Shown piece after piece: positions 28,995-42,100 of a DNA stretch of 64,000 nt. Where the stretch lies: positions 1 to 64,000 of IMG/VR virus record IMGVR_UViG_3300023196_003068. One strand, given 5' to 3'. How positions within the stretch are numbered: position 1 is the stretch's first letter; each line of letters opens with the position of its first letter. The position numbers and the translations under genes are program-made. This stretch comes from a virus. The notes under the pieces are model-generated. The model ran no database searches. It saw nothing but the letters and a program-made list of their open reading frames with translations, and was not told the origin of the DNA.

Positions 28995-30101
28995 CTAACA
29001 ATCTTTTCTTTTGCGTTTAATTCTACTTAAATCCTTGTCATTAATGTCCTGGCTTAAATCTTTTGATGGATCGTGTGGCCACTCTGTAGCTGTGTCTTGC
29101 TTTTCTGCGGTTGATTTATAGTTGTCTGGATTAGAGATATCATTCTTAGCAAAAGCCTCTTTTTCGAATTTTCTCACACCATCCACTATTAAACGTTGAG
29201 CTTCTGATACTAAATTACTCCCCTCAATTGTTTTGAGTAACTCATCAAGCCTCCCTCTGATACCTCTTACATTCTCTATACGGTCTGAGACTGTCTTGTC
29301 TTCTTCCTTTAGTGCTGCGTATTCTTTTTCTTGTTTTGAGAGTTCTCGACTGGTAGACTTTTTGTGTTGGTCTTTTTGGATGCCGCTCATATCTCTAACA
29401 CGCTCAATGTTTTCTATTAAATAGTCTATTGTGTTGTTATGAACTTCATCAATAGGACTGCGCAACTTATTTAACTCCTCTATCAATGTCCCATTACGAA
29501 TGCTTATCGAATTAACAATAATATCAAAATCAAGAAGCTTCCTATATAGCTTAACATCTGGTCTGTGGGGTTTTTCTTCTGCTTTTTGAGATTCTCCACT
29601 CCTAACTATAGCTCTAGAAGGGTGAACACTCTGCTCAATCTCCCATTCATTCTTATAGTAGTCAGCATCAGATTGATAATCTCGTTTTTCTTGATCCAGC
29701 AATGCGGTATCGCCTTTAAAAAAAGCAATGTCTCTTTTGAAATCATCAAACTCATCATTTACTTCTTCAAGATCCTTATCGCCATACTTAACCCTCCAGG
29801 CTTGCACTAGGATATTCGGAGTAGAAATAGTAACCTCAATTGAATCAACCAATGTATTATTAATGGAAGTCCATCCTTGAGCAAACTTCGGCCCATACAT
29901 GGCTCCCATTTTTTTAGAAACCCTTTCTGCATTCTTATTAGCAATATGCCATAATTTAGATTTATCAAACTTATGACTAACCGGCATCAATATTACACCA
30001 GGCTTAATTTCACGAAAGGATGTAGACTTCCCCTTAAATGCCTGAATTGCATTATATGTACTTTGTTCTACTCTCTCGTCTAAACTACAATCGTTAGCCA
30101 T
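28995..30101 (-). CDS. hypothetical virion-associated protein
   Basis: 368-aa ORF wedged between two giant genes with 1-3 nt spacing. Confidence 0.7.
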   Translation of the reverse strand: MANDCSLDERVEQSTYNAIQAFKGKSTSFREIKPGVILMPVSHKFDKSKLWHIANKNAERVSKKMGAMYGPKFAQGWTSINNTLVDSIEVTISTPNILVQAWRVKYGDKDLEEVNDEFDDFKRDIAFFKGDTALLDQEKRDYQSDADYYKNEWEIEQSVHPSRAIVRSGESQKAEEKPHRPDVKLYRKLLDFDIIVNSISIRNGTLIEELNKLRSPIDEVHNNTIDYLIENIERVRDMSGIQKDQHKKSTSRELSKQEKEYAALKEEDKTVSDRIENVRGIRGRLDELLKTIEGSNLVSEAQRLIVDGVRKFEKEAFAKNDISNPDNYKSTAEKQDTATEWPHDPSKDLSQDINDKDLSRIKRKRKDC

Positions 30102-30104
30102 AAT

Positions 30105-33100
30105 TTAACATATTTCATCTGGTAAACTGTCTATATCTTCTTGAGTAAGAGCCGTTCCCTTATCTTTTTGTTGATCTGTTATATCTATTGTTCTCGAAGG
30201 TGCCTTTGGCATTCCTTCAGTTATATCAGATGCTCTCCTAAAAGTAAGAGTTATTGTGTAATCTTTAACCACCCTTCCGTCAGGAAGAGTAATAGGAGGC
30301 AAATTATTTCCTTTTGTCGGTGCCATAGGTGTATCATGAGCCATTTCAAATCTTCCTTTTCCATCCATTCCAAAAGTATAAATAGTTCCCGATTTTGTGG
30401 GAATTTCAGTTTTTCTACCCGTCTCAGCCCAAGAAGCCAGGCCAGTAGGATTGCCATTTTTATCTATATCCTCATAAATATTAATAGCATTCCCTACACC
30501 AATGGTATATACAACCACCCCATAGTTTCTTGCAGTTTCACTTTCTGTAGTATCTCTATGTGTAGAAATCTTATCACCAGGTAAATAAATATTACCAATA
30601 ACAGCATCATAATTGGACATATCGATTCCTAAAACTTGCTCCACTTCATCAATTATAGGTTGTAATACAGACAAACCAGGTAATGGATTTCCCTTTTGAT
30701 CTAAACCATGATACGCATATTTGAATCCTGTGGATTTAGTAATACCCTTTCTTTTCATTTCTGCAACCTCAGCATCTCTTGATCTTTTATCATATGAATT
30801 AATTTCCAACTTAGGATCAGCATCCAATTCAATACGTGTCCATCTTAATCCAAACTGAAACATTAGATTGGCTCTCGCACCTATATTCTCTTTAGTTGCT
30901 TGAGCTAGAATTTGAGGCTGAATAAGCTTAATAAATTCCTTCTCCTTTTCTATGGAAGGGTTTGTCTCTGCAACATTCACCCCATAGGCATCAGATATAA
31001 CTCTTACTGGGGTCTTAGGTAGCTTTTTCTTGTATAGATCAAGAATATCCTTCCTATTTCCATCAGTAGCTCCCCACTTCATTTTTTTATTAGATGTAAG
31101 AGAGATAATATTTTCCTTTGGAGTTACTAAATATTTAGCACCTTTATAAGCAACCTGAATAGCTTTAGAATTTAATGGAGTTAAATTTTTCTCGCTAAAA
31201 GATTTTTTAGCCTTAGCACCTTCTTCTTTTAAATTAAGAACTTGCCATGTTCCATTAGTATTTTTCTTAACAGCAATGTACGTAATTCCTTTGGAGTCTT
31301 TAACATACCTACCAACTTCTACAGACAGTTTGTCTTCACTAGTTGTAAGCTTACCTTTAAATGTTGCTTTATATACATCCCTAATAGCTTCTTCTGCATT
31401 AGCAGACATGCCTCTACTACCAATAGCTGCAAAATTATTAGTCAAAATAGGTGTATCAATTGACACAAATTTAGAACCATCCCAAGTATACCATCCTTGT
31501 GGTAAATGTGAATCGGCTTTTTTATTAGGATCATTATACACATATACAGGTTTTCCAGCTTGTATAGCCATTTCTACAGCATACCCAGTACCGCCTTGAA
31601 CAGACTCAGATTTGCTAATTTTTCTTTGCTTATCTTCTGGTTTATATGCATCTTCACTCCAAGTATCCCCCTTTTTTCCAATCGGAGCAACAGCAAATAC
31701 AGCTTCTGAATTAGCAACTTGTGCCCAATTTCTTATTAATCTTGAATCAGACATAGTTTTATACGCATAACCCCACATTTCTTTAGCGGCACTAGCTACT
31801 TTTGTCTTGCCATCCGTTTCAATTTGTGTATTTGTTATATCTACATTACCATAAGGTGCATTTGTTTTAGAAACTTTACCTAAATAATAATGATTGAATT
31901 TAATAGCACCAAATTCCTTAGCTATATCATCCCATATTTTATCTGCGCCAAGAGCTCCACCTGAATGAGCTGTAAAATCTTTAGGATTATTTGTACCCTC
32001 CGGTCGGTCTGCTACAACTTTATTATAAGCATTTATTAATGTTTTTAGAAAATGATTCCCTTTATCTGAAGTCCACCATGTACCTTCTCCTTTTTGATAA
32101 GCTTGAGCATCATCTTTTTCATCGTAAGTATGAATAGATTTTTCCAAGAATTCAAGACCGCCCCGCTCTATTATTTTATCAACTAAGAAAGGATACTGAC
32201 GTAGCTTAGCCTCTATAAGATTAGTAATAAGTTCAAGATTTCTCGAAGTTGTACCTCCTTTGCCTTCTTCTCTTAAATCAAAATAAGCTTCTTCTACGTC
32301 TAAGTAAGGCCTTCCTAGTGGATTACCAGCATAGTTAAGACCTTTATCTAGCTGTAGATAAGTTCCTATAAGTTTACCCTTAGATTTTGAAGACTTTCCT
32401 CTAGGATTATAATGAGTAGGATTAGTAAGAGCTGCTCCCAATGGATCATTAGAACCACTAAATATATTTACACCCTTAACACTAGTTGATTGGGAAGGTG
32501 CTACATCATTAATAAAATAATCCAATACAGTAGCGTGAGATGGGCCACCAATATTTTTATAATATTCAATTGGTAAACCTCTTAACTTTCCTTTCTTAAA
32601 AGCCTCTAATAAAGCCGTTCTATACTCTTGCTCCATAGTTGTATGCATTGTGCCTTGAAGCCACCCTATAAATTCTTGAGCTCCTCTTCCTGGTTTATTA
32701 GGATCCGCTGATATCGGATTTCCTATAGCGTTATACTGTTGAAATGATTTTAAGAAACCTAATTTCTTATTAACCCTAAATGCAGTAACAACTTTTTTAT
32801 TCCTAGTATTTTTAAAAATCCTTAAATGACCTGTTGTTTCATCCACTCCTTCTACAATCACAACCTTTCCGCGAATAGTCTTACCCCCAAGCTTATTCCA
32901 TACTTCCATGATTTTAGCAGAAAACTTGTCCTTTCCTACAGAAATACTCTTTTGATTTTTAAGTTTTGCAATTTCGGTATTTCGATAAACAGTCCTAACT
33001 TCCATTAAGACCTTCTCTAACATTGTAGAATATGGACTAACACCTATTTCTATAGGCCCATCAGTATTTGCAAGTCGATCAAAGAAGTCAGATTTTTTGT

Positions 33101-36100
33101 CACCATGATTCTTGAATTTATCCTTTACCTTTTGCTTCATATCATTAGCAACCTCAATAATAGATTCATTCGTTATAAGATCATCAGCTGACCTACTGTT
33201 TATCTCTTTTGAAAGAGCCTCATTAAACAAATAATCTAAGCCAAGATAATCCAACTTAACAGGAGCCTTATTAGGATCAAATAAATTATTTACTGAAAGA
33301 TCTTTGTCATTTGTCCACTCCATGTACTTACCAATTGGAGCATATCTAGGAATCGCTACCCAGCCTTTTTCTTTAAGAAAGTCAGACGCTAATTGCTCAA
33401 TTCCAGAATCTTTAAGACCTATATTAAAACGAGCCCCGGCTTTCATGGCTTTTTTAATTTTAGGTAAATAGTGTGTCTTAAACACTGCTTCAATTTCTTT
33501 TTGATACCCCTCTTCCTTAAGATCATGGGCTTCTTTAGCTCTAAACGTATTGTTACCAAACACCCAAACAACATCCTCTGAGCTAAATTTAGTTTTACTA
33601 TGAGCTAATCGCTCCTTATAATCCCCTGCTTCAATTATTCCTATATATTTAGAAGTAGTACTTCTTGGTATGCCCGAAAGCTCAACATCTTTCCCAATAG
33701 CTACTGTAGAAGCATTAGCCATTGCTTCATCTCTAGAAGTATCCTTTGCTCTTGCTCCCTCGATAGTCGCTATAGATATATTATCTGGTGTTTGACCAAG
33801 AGATAGATCAACGAGATATGGAACTGATTTTCTATTGTCTATACCAAATTCAGTAAGTAGCATTTGATCAAGTTCTTCTTGAATAACACCCTCCGGAGCA
33901 TCTATTTTTCTATCTAGAATATATATCTCCTCTCCTTTTAGTTCTTCTATAAAATCCAAATCAAGGCTATTACCTTTAAACCATTGATGATCATAAACCT
34001 GAATTGAATCAGACGGCAACTCATTAAAATTATTTACAATCTGAACATTATTATACGTCAGAGATTTAACAACATGAGTCTCAATTGTAACACCCAAATC
34101 ATCTTTCATGTAATTTATACCCCTACTCATTATCCTTGAAGCATTCTCCTTGCTAAGAAGCCCATCATATATTGCAGTAAATAGGTCTATATACCCTATG
34201 GATTCTAAAGGAGTTCCGCTTGCCTTAGCTTTCTCTGCCGCCTTCAATGCTCGAATTACTCTCTCTGCTTTAATCCCTTCCTCAATAACATTCCAAAGCT
34301 TATATTGGTTGATGATTTTTGTTAACGCATATTTAGCACCAGTATTTAAACCAGTTTGCATTATAGCCATATTCCCAAACTTATTAAAAAAATCAGCAAC
34401 AGCTGGTATTCTATGAGCTTTAAGTGCAATAAGATTTTCACGATAAATTCTAGCCATATCTGCATCCTTAATATCGGAAAGGAATATATTAGTTTTGCGA
34501 AGATCTATGGCATAATCAAAACGCAAATCTTGTATTAAACTAAAATTTTCACGCAACTCAGGATGCTTTTGCATAAGCCTTCTTAATATTGATGCTCTGC
34601 CCATTCTGAAATCAAACATTGCTACAGGATCATCGGACCGATATAATGCTGCTTTATATAAAAGTGCAACTCTAGTAAATGTCCCACTAGAATAACTATT
34701 AAACTGGTATAAATGTTTTTGAACCTCCTCATTGCTCATATCTTTAGTTTCCTCCTCTAATTTTGCAAACTCTATTGAGAACCGAACAAATTGATTTCTA
34801 CCTCCCGGTGGAAACATTTGGGATAAATCTGAAGATATATAATCCGCACCAAAAAGAATAGTACTAACTCTTTGTTGCGCTTCATCCATCCACTTACTTC
34901 CAAAGGTAATTTTTTTATCCACCTCATTAATAACCAAAGGATCTGAACTCCCCTGAACTTCTTCTAATGCATACCCATCATAGCTTTCTGAATTAAATAA
35001 AGAGTTCTGATATAAGAATAGTGTGAAATCATTCTTAAACTTATTTCTAGTGACTTGTGGGATAATGCCTGGCGGGGAGTTTATTTCAAATGACTTCTCG
35101 ATAACAATAGGATTGTTACGTAAAGCAAAATATTTACTAAACAACTCTATTATAAATTGATCATTATCAAAGATACCAACAGGAGAAAATTCTATTTCGT
35201 CAAACCATAGATTAGGAATAGCTGATTGCTTACTTTTAAACTTAGTAGTTCTTGTTATGCGGTTTGTCGCTTCAGAAATACTCCTTATTTTTTGAGTGTC
35301 AAACTTTGTTAAATCTTGAAATGTCTGAAGGTCTAATGCCAAATCTTCAATCTCAAGATAATGAGAAAATATCTTAAACTGTTCAAAAGAAAAAGCTCCT
35401 TTACCATCTACTGCTTTAAGCCCCTCATCCAACAAGTCTTTAATTACACTAAAGTCTAAATTACCATCTAATAATGCACTAACTTTCTTGTATTCAGATG
35501 CCTTCCATTCTCTTTCATCTTTAAAACCATCTCCCTCTTTAAACCAATCAAACATTGCATACCGAGCCTTGCTTAATATTTTTGACCTCTCCACAATAGG
35601 ACTCACTCCAAACTCATCACTAAGATTACTAAAGACACCAGAAAGCTCTGCCTTTATTTTGTTATACTTAACAATCATTGGCATCGAAACAAAGTATGCA
35701 ATATCCTTAATACTCATTCCGGCCATAACCATAAGCAAAAGCTGTGGAGTATTCTCTTTATTTCCTTGAATTTTAAATATCCATGGGTTAGTTGCAACAT
35801 CTACATACCCATTAACTAATTGCCCAAGAACTTGTGATATAGGTAACCCGTCCATATTCTTAGCCATAGCGAGTGATATTGCACCATTCGCCTTATTGTG
35901 CTTAAACTTAATGGTATAATCAGTAAACTCAAATATAACCTTATTGGCAATATCTATTTGAGCCTTTGTAGATTTATCATTTTCTAATACCTCAATAGCC
36001 TTTGCGTGTTCTCGCTTTTCTTTTTCAGTAGCAGTATTAAGTGTTGCTCCAAATCTTGTAAATAAAGCATAATATGTCGTAGCAATAGCGGCTATACCCA

Positions 36101-39100
36101 GAGCATCTATTCCTATAGAATTATCTTGTTGTTTTTGTAGATTCATTCTATAGTCTAAGACAGTAGACCTTGCTATATCTGTTCCTGCTTCTTTATCTAA
36201 TCGGTTGAATTCATTAAAGCTTTTTTCTATAAGGGCATATGCCTGGTCAGCTAAACTTCTTAAATCAGTTTCTTCTTGAGCTTTAGTTTTACGCTTTTTC
36301 TTTTTTGTCTTACCCTCTACCTTCTCTTCAGTCTTTCCTTCTGTAAATAGATCGGTTTTATTTGGACGAATAAGAGCTTCAAAATTATTACTCATAGTAA
36401 TTCTATCCTTGAAAGATTTTAAAAGCTCATTTTCTAAGCCTCCCATTCCTTTATTAAATAGCTTTCTTAATACTCTTCCCTTTTTAACTTTAAGATCTTC
36501 AGCTTTATCATATAAACCATTAATCTCCGCTCTATAATTATCTTTAATCTTTTCAATTGTTGCGGTTTCCTCTGAAGTAAAAACTATTTCAGCTAGAGCT
36601 ATATCAAGTCTTTCATCAAATACGGCAATACCTTCATCAATAGCCTGTTGTATCTCAGAAATACGCGATGATGTATATGCATGCACATTTCTTTGTTGCT
36701 TACGAGTATAATTTTTAAAATTACCTACACTATTATAAACATCACTTGCATATTGCAAAGTCTCCACCATTTGCATCTCAAGCTTCTCCATTTGAATAGC
36801 ATACTGCGGGAATTTAGCTCTTATAATCCCCTCAATATCTTTAATACTTTCATTAACCTTCTTTAGCTCATTTATTCTTCTTGTTTTAGCATCCTTTATC
36901 TGATCATAAACATCATTTATTTTAGTAGAGTATCCATCAATACTTTTCCCTAACTTCTCAAAACTTTCAGAAACCTTTTTGTGTACCTGCATTTCAACAC
37001 TTCCATTTATTGAAACTATATTTGGAAACATTGTAAACAGCTTATCAAAATCAAAATCTGAACCTGTTTTTGCGACTATCTCTGAAGGGACAACAACGAT
37101 AGGACCAACGGACTCTGGTAAGAACTGCTTAACTACCATTGCCTCTAGTGTGTTTTCTTCTGCTGTAGGTATACGTGGCCCTGCAATAGTAAGCATATCT
37201 TCATACTTAGCGAACCATTCCTTGTCACGCAAAGCACTATTTAATCGAGCTAAAGAAGCCTGACTATCTATAATGTCCTTGCCTGACTTAGCATCCTTTA
37301 CTCTTACAGTAATATCTTGACCATCGGGATGCTTTAATTTTAATAGATGCTTGAATTTACCTTGAAGGCCAATCTTAACCTCCATCTTAGATATCTTATA
37401 ATCAGCCCAAGCTCCCTCTCTTTCGTCTTTTATAAAGTTCCCATCTGCATCTTTTAAGTAGTAACTCTTAAGATCTCCGGCACTTAATATATCTCCAAAT
37501 TTTTCTATGTCTTCTGCTGTAGGCCCTTCAAAAGATTCCTGCATTGCTCCAGTAACCTGAACCAAAGGCTCACCATTAACCTCTATTCCCCGAAGCTTCT
37601 TGTCAACCATTACTGTAAGAATCTTCTCTATTTTTTCAGCAACCAAAGAAATAGATAAATCATCTATCATTTCTCCACTACCATCCTGTTTTGATATAAA
37701 CTGAACCTCTTCTGGAAGTAAATCTTCTTTCTCTAATTGTGATTGAATATAGATTAATAGCTTTTTTGTATCCCCTTTATAAGTTTTTTTCTCTTTACCT
37801 TCAACCCAGGTAATTTCTTCTTCCATTCCTATATCAAAAAGTAAATCTTCTTTAAGTTTTACTTCCATCCGATGAAGAATATCCTCATAGTTGGTTAACC
37901 ACTTGTAATTTGGAGATTTATTCTCTTGTTCTTTTTCAGATAAACTATCCCAATTTTCCTCTATAACTTTCCATTGCTTTGCAGTACCATTAAAATCAGT
38001 CGGCACACCACCCTCCATAATGCCCAATAGAACTAATTTTCTCCATTGTGTTGGCAGTGTAGTGTAGCCCTTATATCCACTCTGAGTTCTAATCTGATCC
38101 CTAAGCCACCTAACATGAATTTTATTTATAGTAAAGGGAGCATCTGTTATTTCTCTTTCTTTGTTGTAAACATCATCAGCCTTAGCATCTTCTATCGCAT
38201 TTTTATTTATACTACCATCTGAATTTTTTCCTTTTATAGTTACAATAGTGGAAAGTTTAGAGCCTGTCTCCATGGTAACATAATGAACACCATCTTCCAT
38301 CATTTTTTCATGAAGCTTTTCTAATTTAGTCCCTGCATAAGCAGTAGGAATGATTGGTGCTAATGAGTACTTATGAAAGCCCCTCATCTGTAGACCATAA
38401 TTATTGTTATCTTCATTTGAGATGTTCCCATTGTATTGAAACTTCCTAACAGGAAACGTAACCTTTAAGTCTGCCGGCTCAAGAGTCTCTCCCTTAAGGA
38501 TTTTTTGATAAACAGACTCCTGGCTAGCCTCACCTGTAGTCGTCCAATTATTAGAAGCCATCGATAGGATCCGATATGTATCAAATGTTATCCATCCTTG
38601 AGCATCAGCCTCCTCTATTCCTTCATAATTTTCTTTTTTAGTACCACCCAGTTTTTCGTATTGGTCTTTAAAATAAGAATCATGCTCAGACTCTTTAATT
38701 ATTCCTGTATTTAAATGACCATCAAACGTAGTCTCCTTAAATGTTTTGCCAATTGCCTTCATGTGCTTTTTGGCAAACCCATTCATTTCAAATACATTAT
38801 TTTTCTCAGTGTTTATATAGTTATACCAGCTTTGATCAAACCGAAACATGTCTCCTGTAGAGATAACCCCCGCATTACGTTTGTGGAAATTTCCAGCTGC
38901 AACTTCATAAATGGCTAAATCTCCAACAAACATTGTAACATAGTTAACATTGTTGATGTAATTGTTTATGATCATTGCCCTAAACATCCTCTCCTTAGTA
39001 GTGGCTACTTCTTCTTTATCATTTTTTCGATACTCTTCAATCTTATTTTCTGCAATTTTAACGTCTCCCTTCTCCTTAAGTAGCTCCTCAGATCGTTTTT

Positions 39101-42100
39101 CAAAATATCTTTTTAAGTCTTTTTCAATTTCCTTTTTTTCCGAAAAAGAAAGCGTAGAATCTAATGTAAAAGATGTATCAATATTTCTTTCCAAAAGTCT
39201 CTTTTGTACATCATCGCTTAACAATAAATCAAACATGTGAAGATCCTCTCCTCTTTCTAAAAATCCCTTATCAAACTTAACGGTCTCACCCTTTTCAATA
39301 CGAGCCTTGATAGCCTTAATGCGTGCTATACGAACTAACTCCCCCTCCAGGTGTCCTTGAAATTGATTATATAGTATTAATGAATTAATCGGACTCTTAA
39401 GGTCGTCATACTCTTCAGAAAAAATATGATTTATCTCATTCATACTTACAACCAATCCTTTTCGTGGATTAATTTCTCCTTTAACTTTAACCGGAGCAAA
39501 TACAGTAGCAGATGTAGCCTTTGCTTCAGATCGTGGTATCTCCTGACGAGCCGCCAATGTTAAATACATATCAGATATAAACTTGGTATTCTCATCTGAT
39601 GAAATAGCCTCTATTCCTTTTTCTTCTCTTCCATACCTTACCTTAGAGCCTGATAAAGTTTCATGTGTAATATTAATAGCTGGATTACGCTCCCCTCTTT
39701 TATCACCTTCAATATCCAATTGAAACATTTGAATAAACCAAGTATTACCTGCTATAGCCGGATTAGTTTCAACATTAAATCCCTCCATACCAGGAATGCC
39801 TATTAATTCATCATAACTCTTTGCGTTATTTAAGGTAGCAGCCTGGATTGTCATCGATGAATGCTTCGTCTTTTCAGACATGCGTTCATTATTTGCATTG
39901 AATTCAGTAAAATTTACATACTCATCAGAAAGATGTTGTGCTAACTGTACGATTTGTTCATAATACCCACTAACATCTGGCTGTGTTCGCTTCTCATTAT
40001 TGGGGTCTATATAATCAAATGATTTAAAAAGACTCTCAAGGTCGTATATACGAGAAACTTTCTCCGAAGCAAACTCACCTCGTAACTTAATGGATTCTAT
40101 AATATAGTGAAGAACCCCCTTACCAATTCCCAATTCCTCATACCCTTTTTCAAGAGCATCTCTTACCTCAATGGTTTCAGGTAACTCAATTCCTATAATC
40201 TTTAATAAAGGAAAAGGATCTGCCAACCATTGTTTGCGATGAAAAGGTTCGTAATCATAATTTACATCTTTTTCTTTGTGAAACAACTCACCAGATGCAT
40301 TTATAGGAACATGAACCATAGTTTCAAAGCTCTCTATTACACCCATTAAATCATAAGTTTCTAGGTATTGACGATTATCTGCTTCATCTGTTGCGTAAAT
40401 AGACCATTCGTTTATTTCAGATTGATTTCTAAAGTTATCCCGCCATTGTCCTTTAATGATTGCAGCATTCCCTTTTGGCTTACCTACAATTGACTCCCAT
40501 CGAACACTCTCAGTCGCTTCATCTTCTATCTTTTCTAATGAATGATAAGTAAGACGATTTGTTGCTTTAGCTATAGATTGCCACAATGCTCCCCACTGAA
40601 CTTGCTCAACTGTTTTAATATCCGCAGATTGCAAATCACCCATTACCTTTAGCACCTGTCTTATTTCATGGTCAAACTTTGCTGCTTCTTTAAGTGCGTT
40701 ATAAATATCATCTGCATCTACGCGATTTCCTACTATTTTAACAAGCTTCCCTAATATTGTCTTAAAAGGGAGTGGCTGCGGAAGACCCAGGCGATTTGGT
40801 TTATATTTATCACTTCTTCCTTGTCTTTTATATGAAGGAATCCCACTCAATAAATGTCGGGTAAGATCATTTGCCGACTCAGTAATTGAAAATTCAGCTC
40901 CCGTCCGATCAAAAACATGTCTTAAGCGAGCATCTGTTTCATCATCCGTAAGCTCCTCAATATTTTGAACCTCCTCATTGAAAGTGTAAAAATCAGCATA
41001 GTTGTTTAGGAATAGTCCAATTATTGTATTATTGTCATCTTTAAAAGTATTAATCGAAGCTTCGGTATCTCCAAAAGAATCTAAAATTTTATCCAATAAT
41101 GCCACCTTCTCAGCTTCCACTATAGATAAAACATTCATCCCGTTCATGTATATTTGTCGCTTTGTTTTAAATACATTCTCCATGTACTTAAAAGCTGCTG
41201 CTAAAATAGAAGGCTCTTGCACAACTCTTAAATATCCAAGACCATTCCTAATACTAGTCTTTCCCAGGTGACCATCAAGTAACTTATTTGCTTCTTTATA
41301 GTTTTTATTAAACTCAGGATCGCTTACATCTAAAGATGATAACTGGGTAAGCAATTCAATCGCTTTTAGATTTGACTCAGGAGTAGCTCCTGTATTTAAT
41401 GCTGTTACTACAAATCTATGCATCAATGCTTTCATTGATGTCATGGTTATATTAACATCATCAAAACTTAAATCTACATCCTTCCCAAGCTCAAAGCTAG
41501 AGTAATATGTTTCCGGATCATTGGGAATCTCAAATTTAGATATATCAATATTTCCTTCGTATAAATCTTTAAAGATGGCATTAACTTTTGGGCCAAACTT
41601 ATTAAGAGTAGTAACTTCGTTTACTGTTGTTTTACCAAAGAATTTTTTTAATTGAGCCAACAACTTCGCAAAGAACTTAGCAACTTTAGATTTTGGCTTT
41701 TTATTAAAGGCACTACGATTAGTAGCATATTTACGAAATTCCTCTGCTAAATACTCTTCTATTTCTAAATCTGTAGCATCTTTAAAGTTTAATGTCTTAG
41801 CCTTTCCTAAAACCGTTACTGTAAATTGACCACCAAGACCCCTAACCTCTTTATAAATTTCAGCAACTTCCTCTTTAGTTAATATGGAATCAGTAAGACC
41901 ATGCCATGATTCATGGTATATATCTGTTTTTTGCGAACCAGAATATAGTGTAATTAATCCCGCTATATAATCAGCCACATATTTTGGTCCCTTTTCATGA
42001 ACCTTATCCTTAATTTGAAGGCGTATAACTTTTCTTAAAGGATTATCTTCTGATTTCCACCATCTATCTGCAGCATCATCTTGTTCTTTAGTAGATTTTC

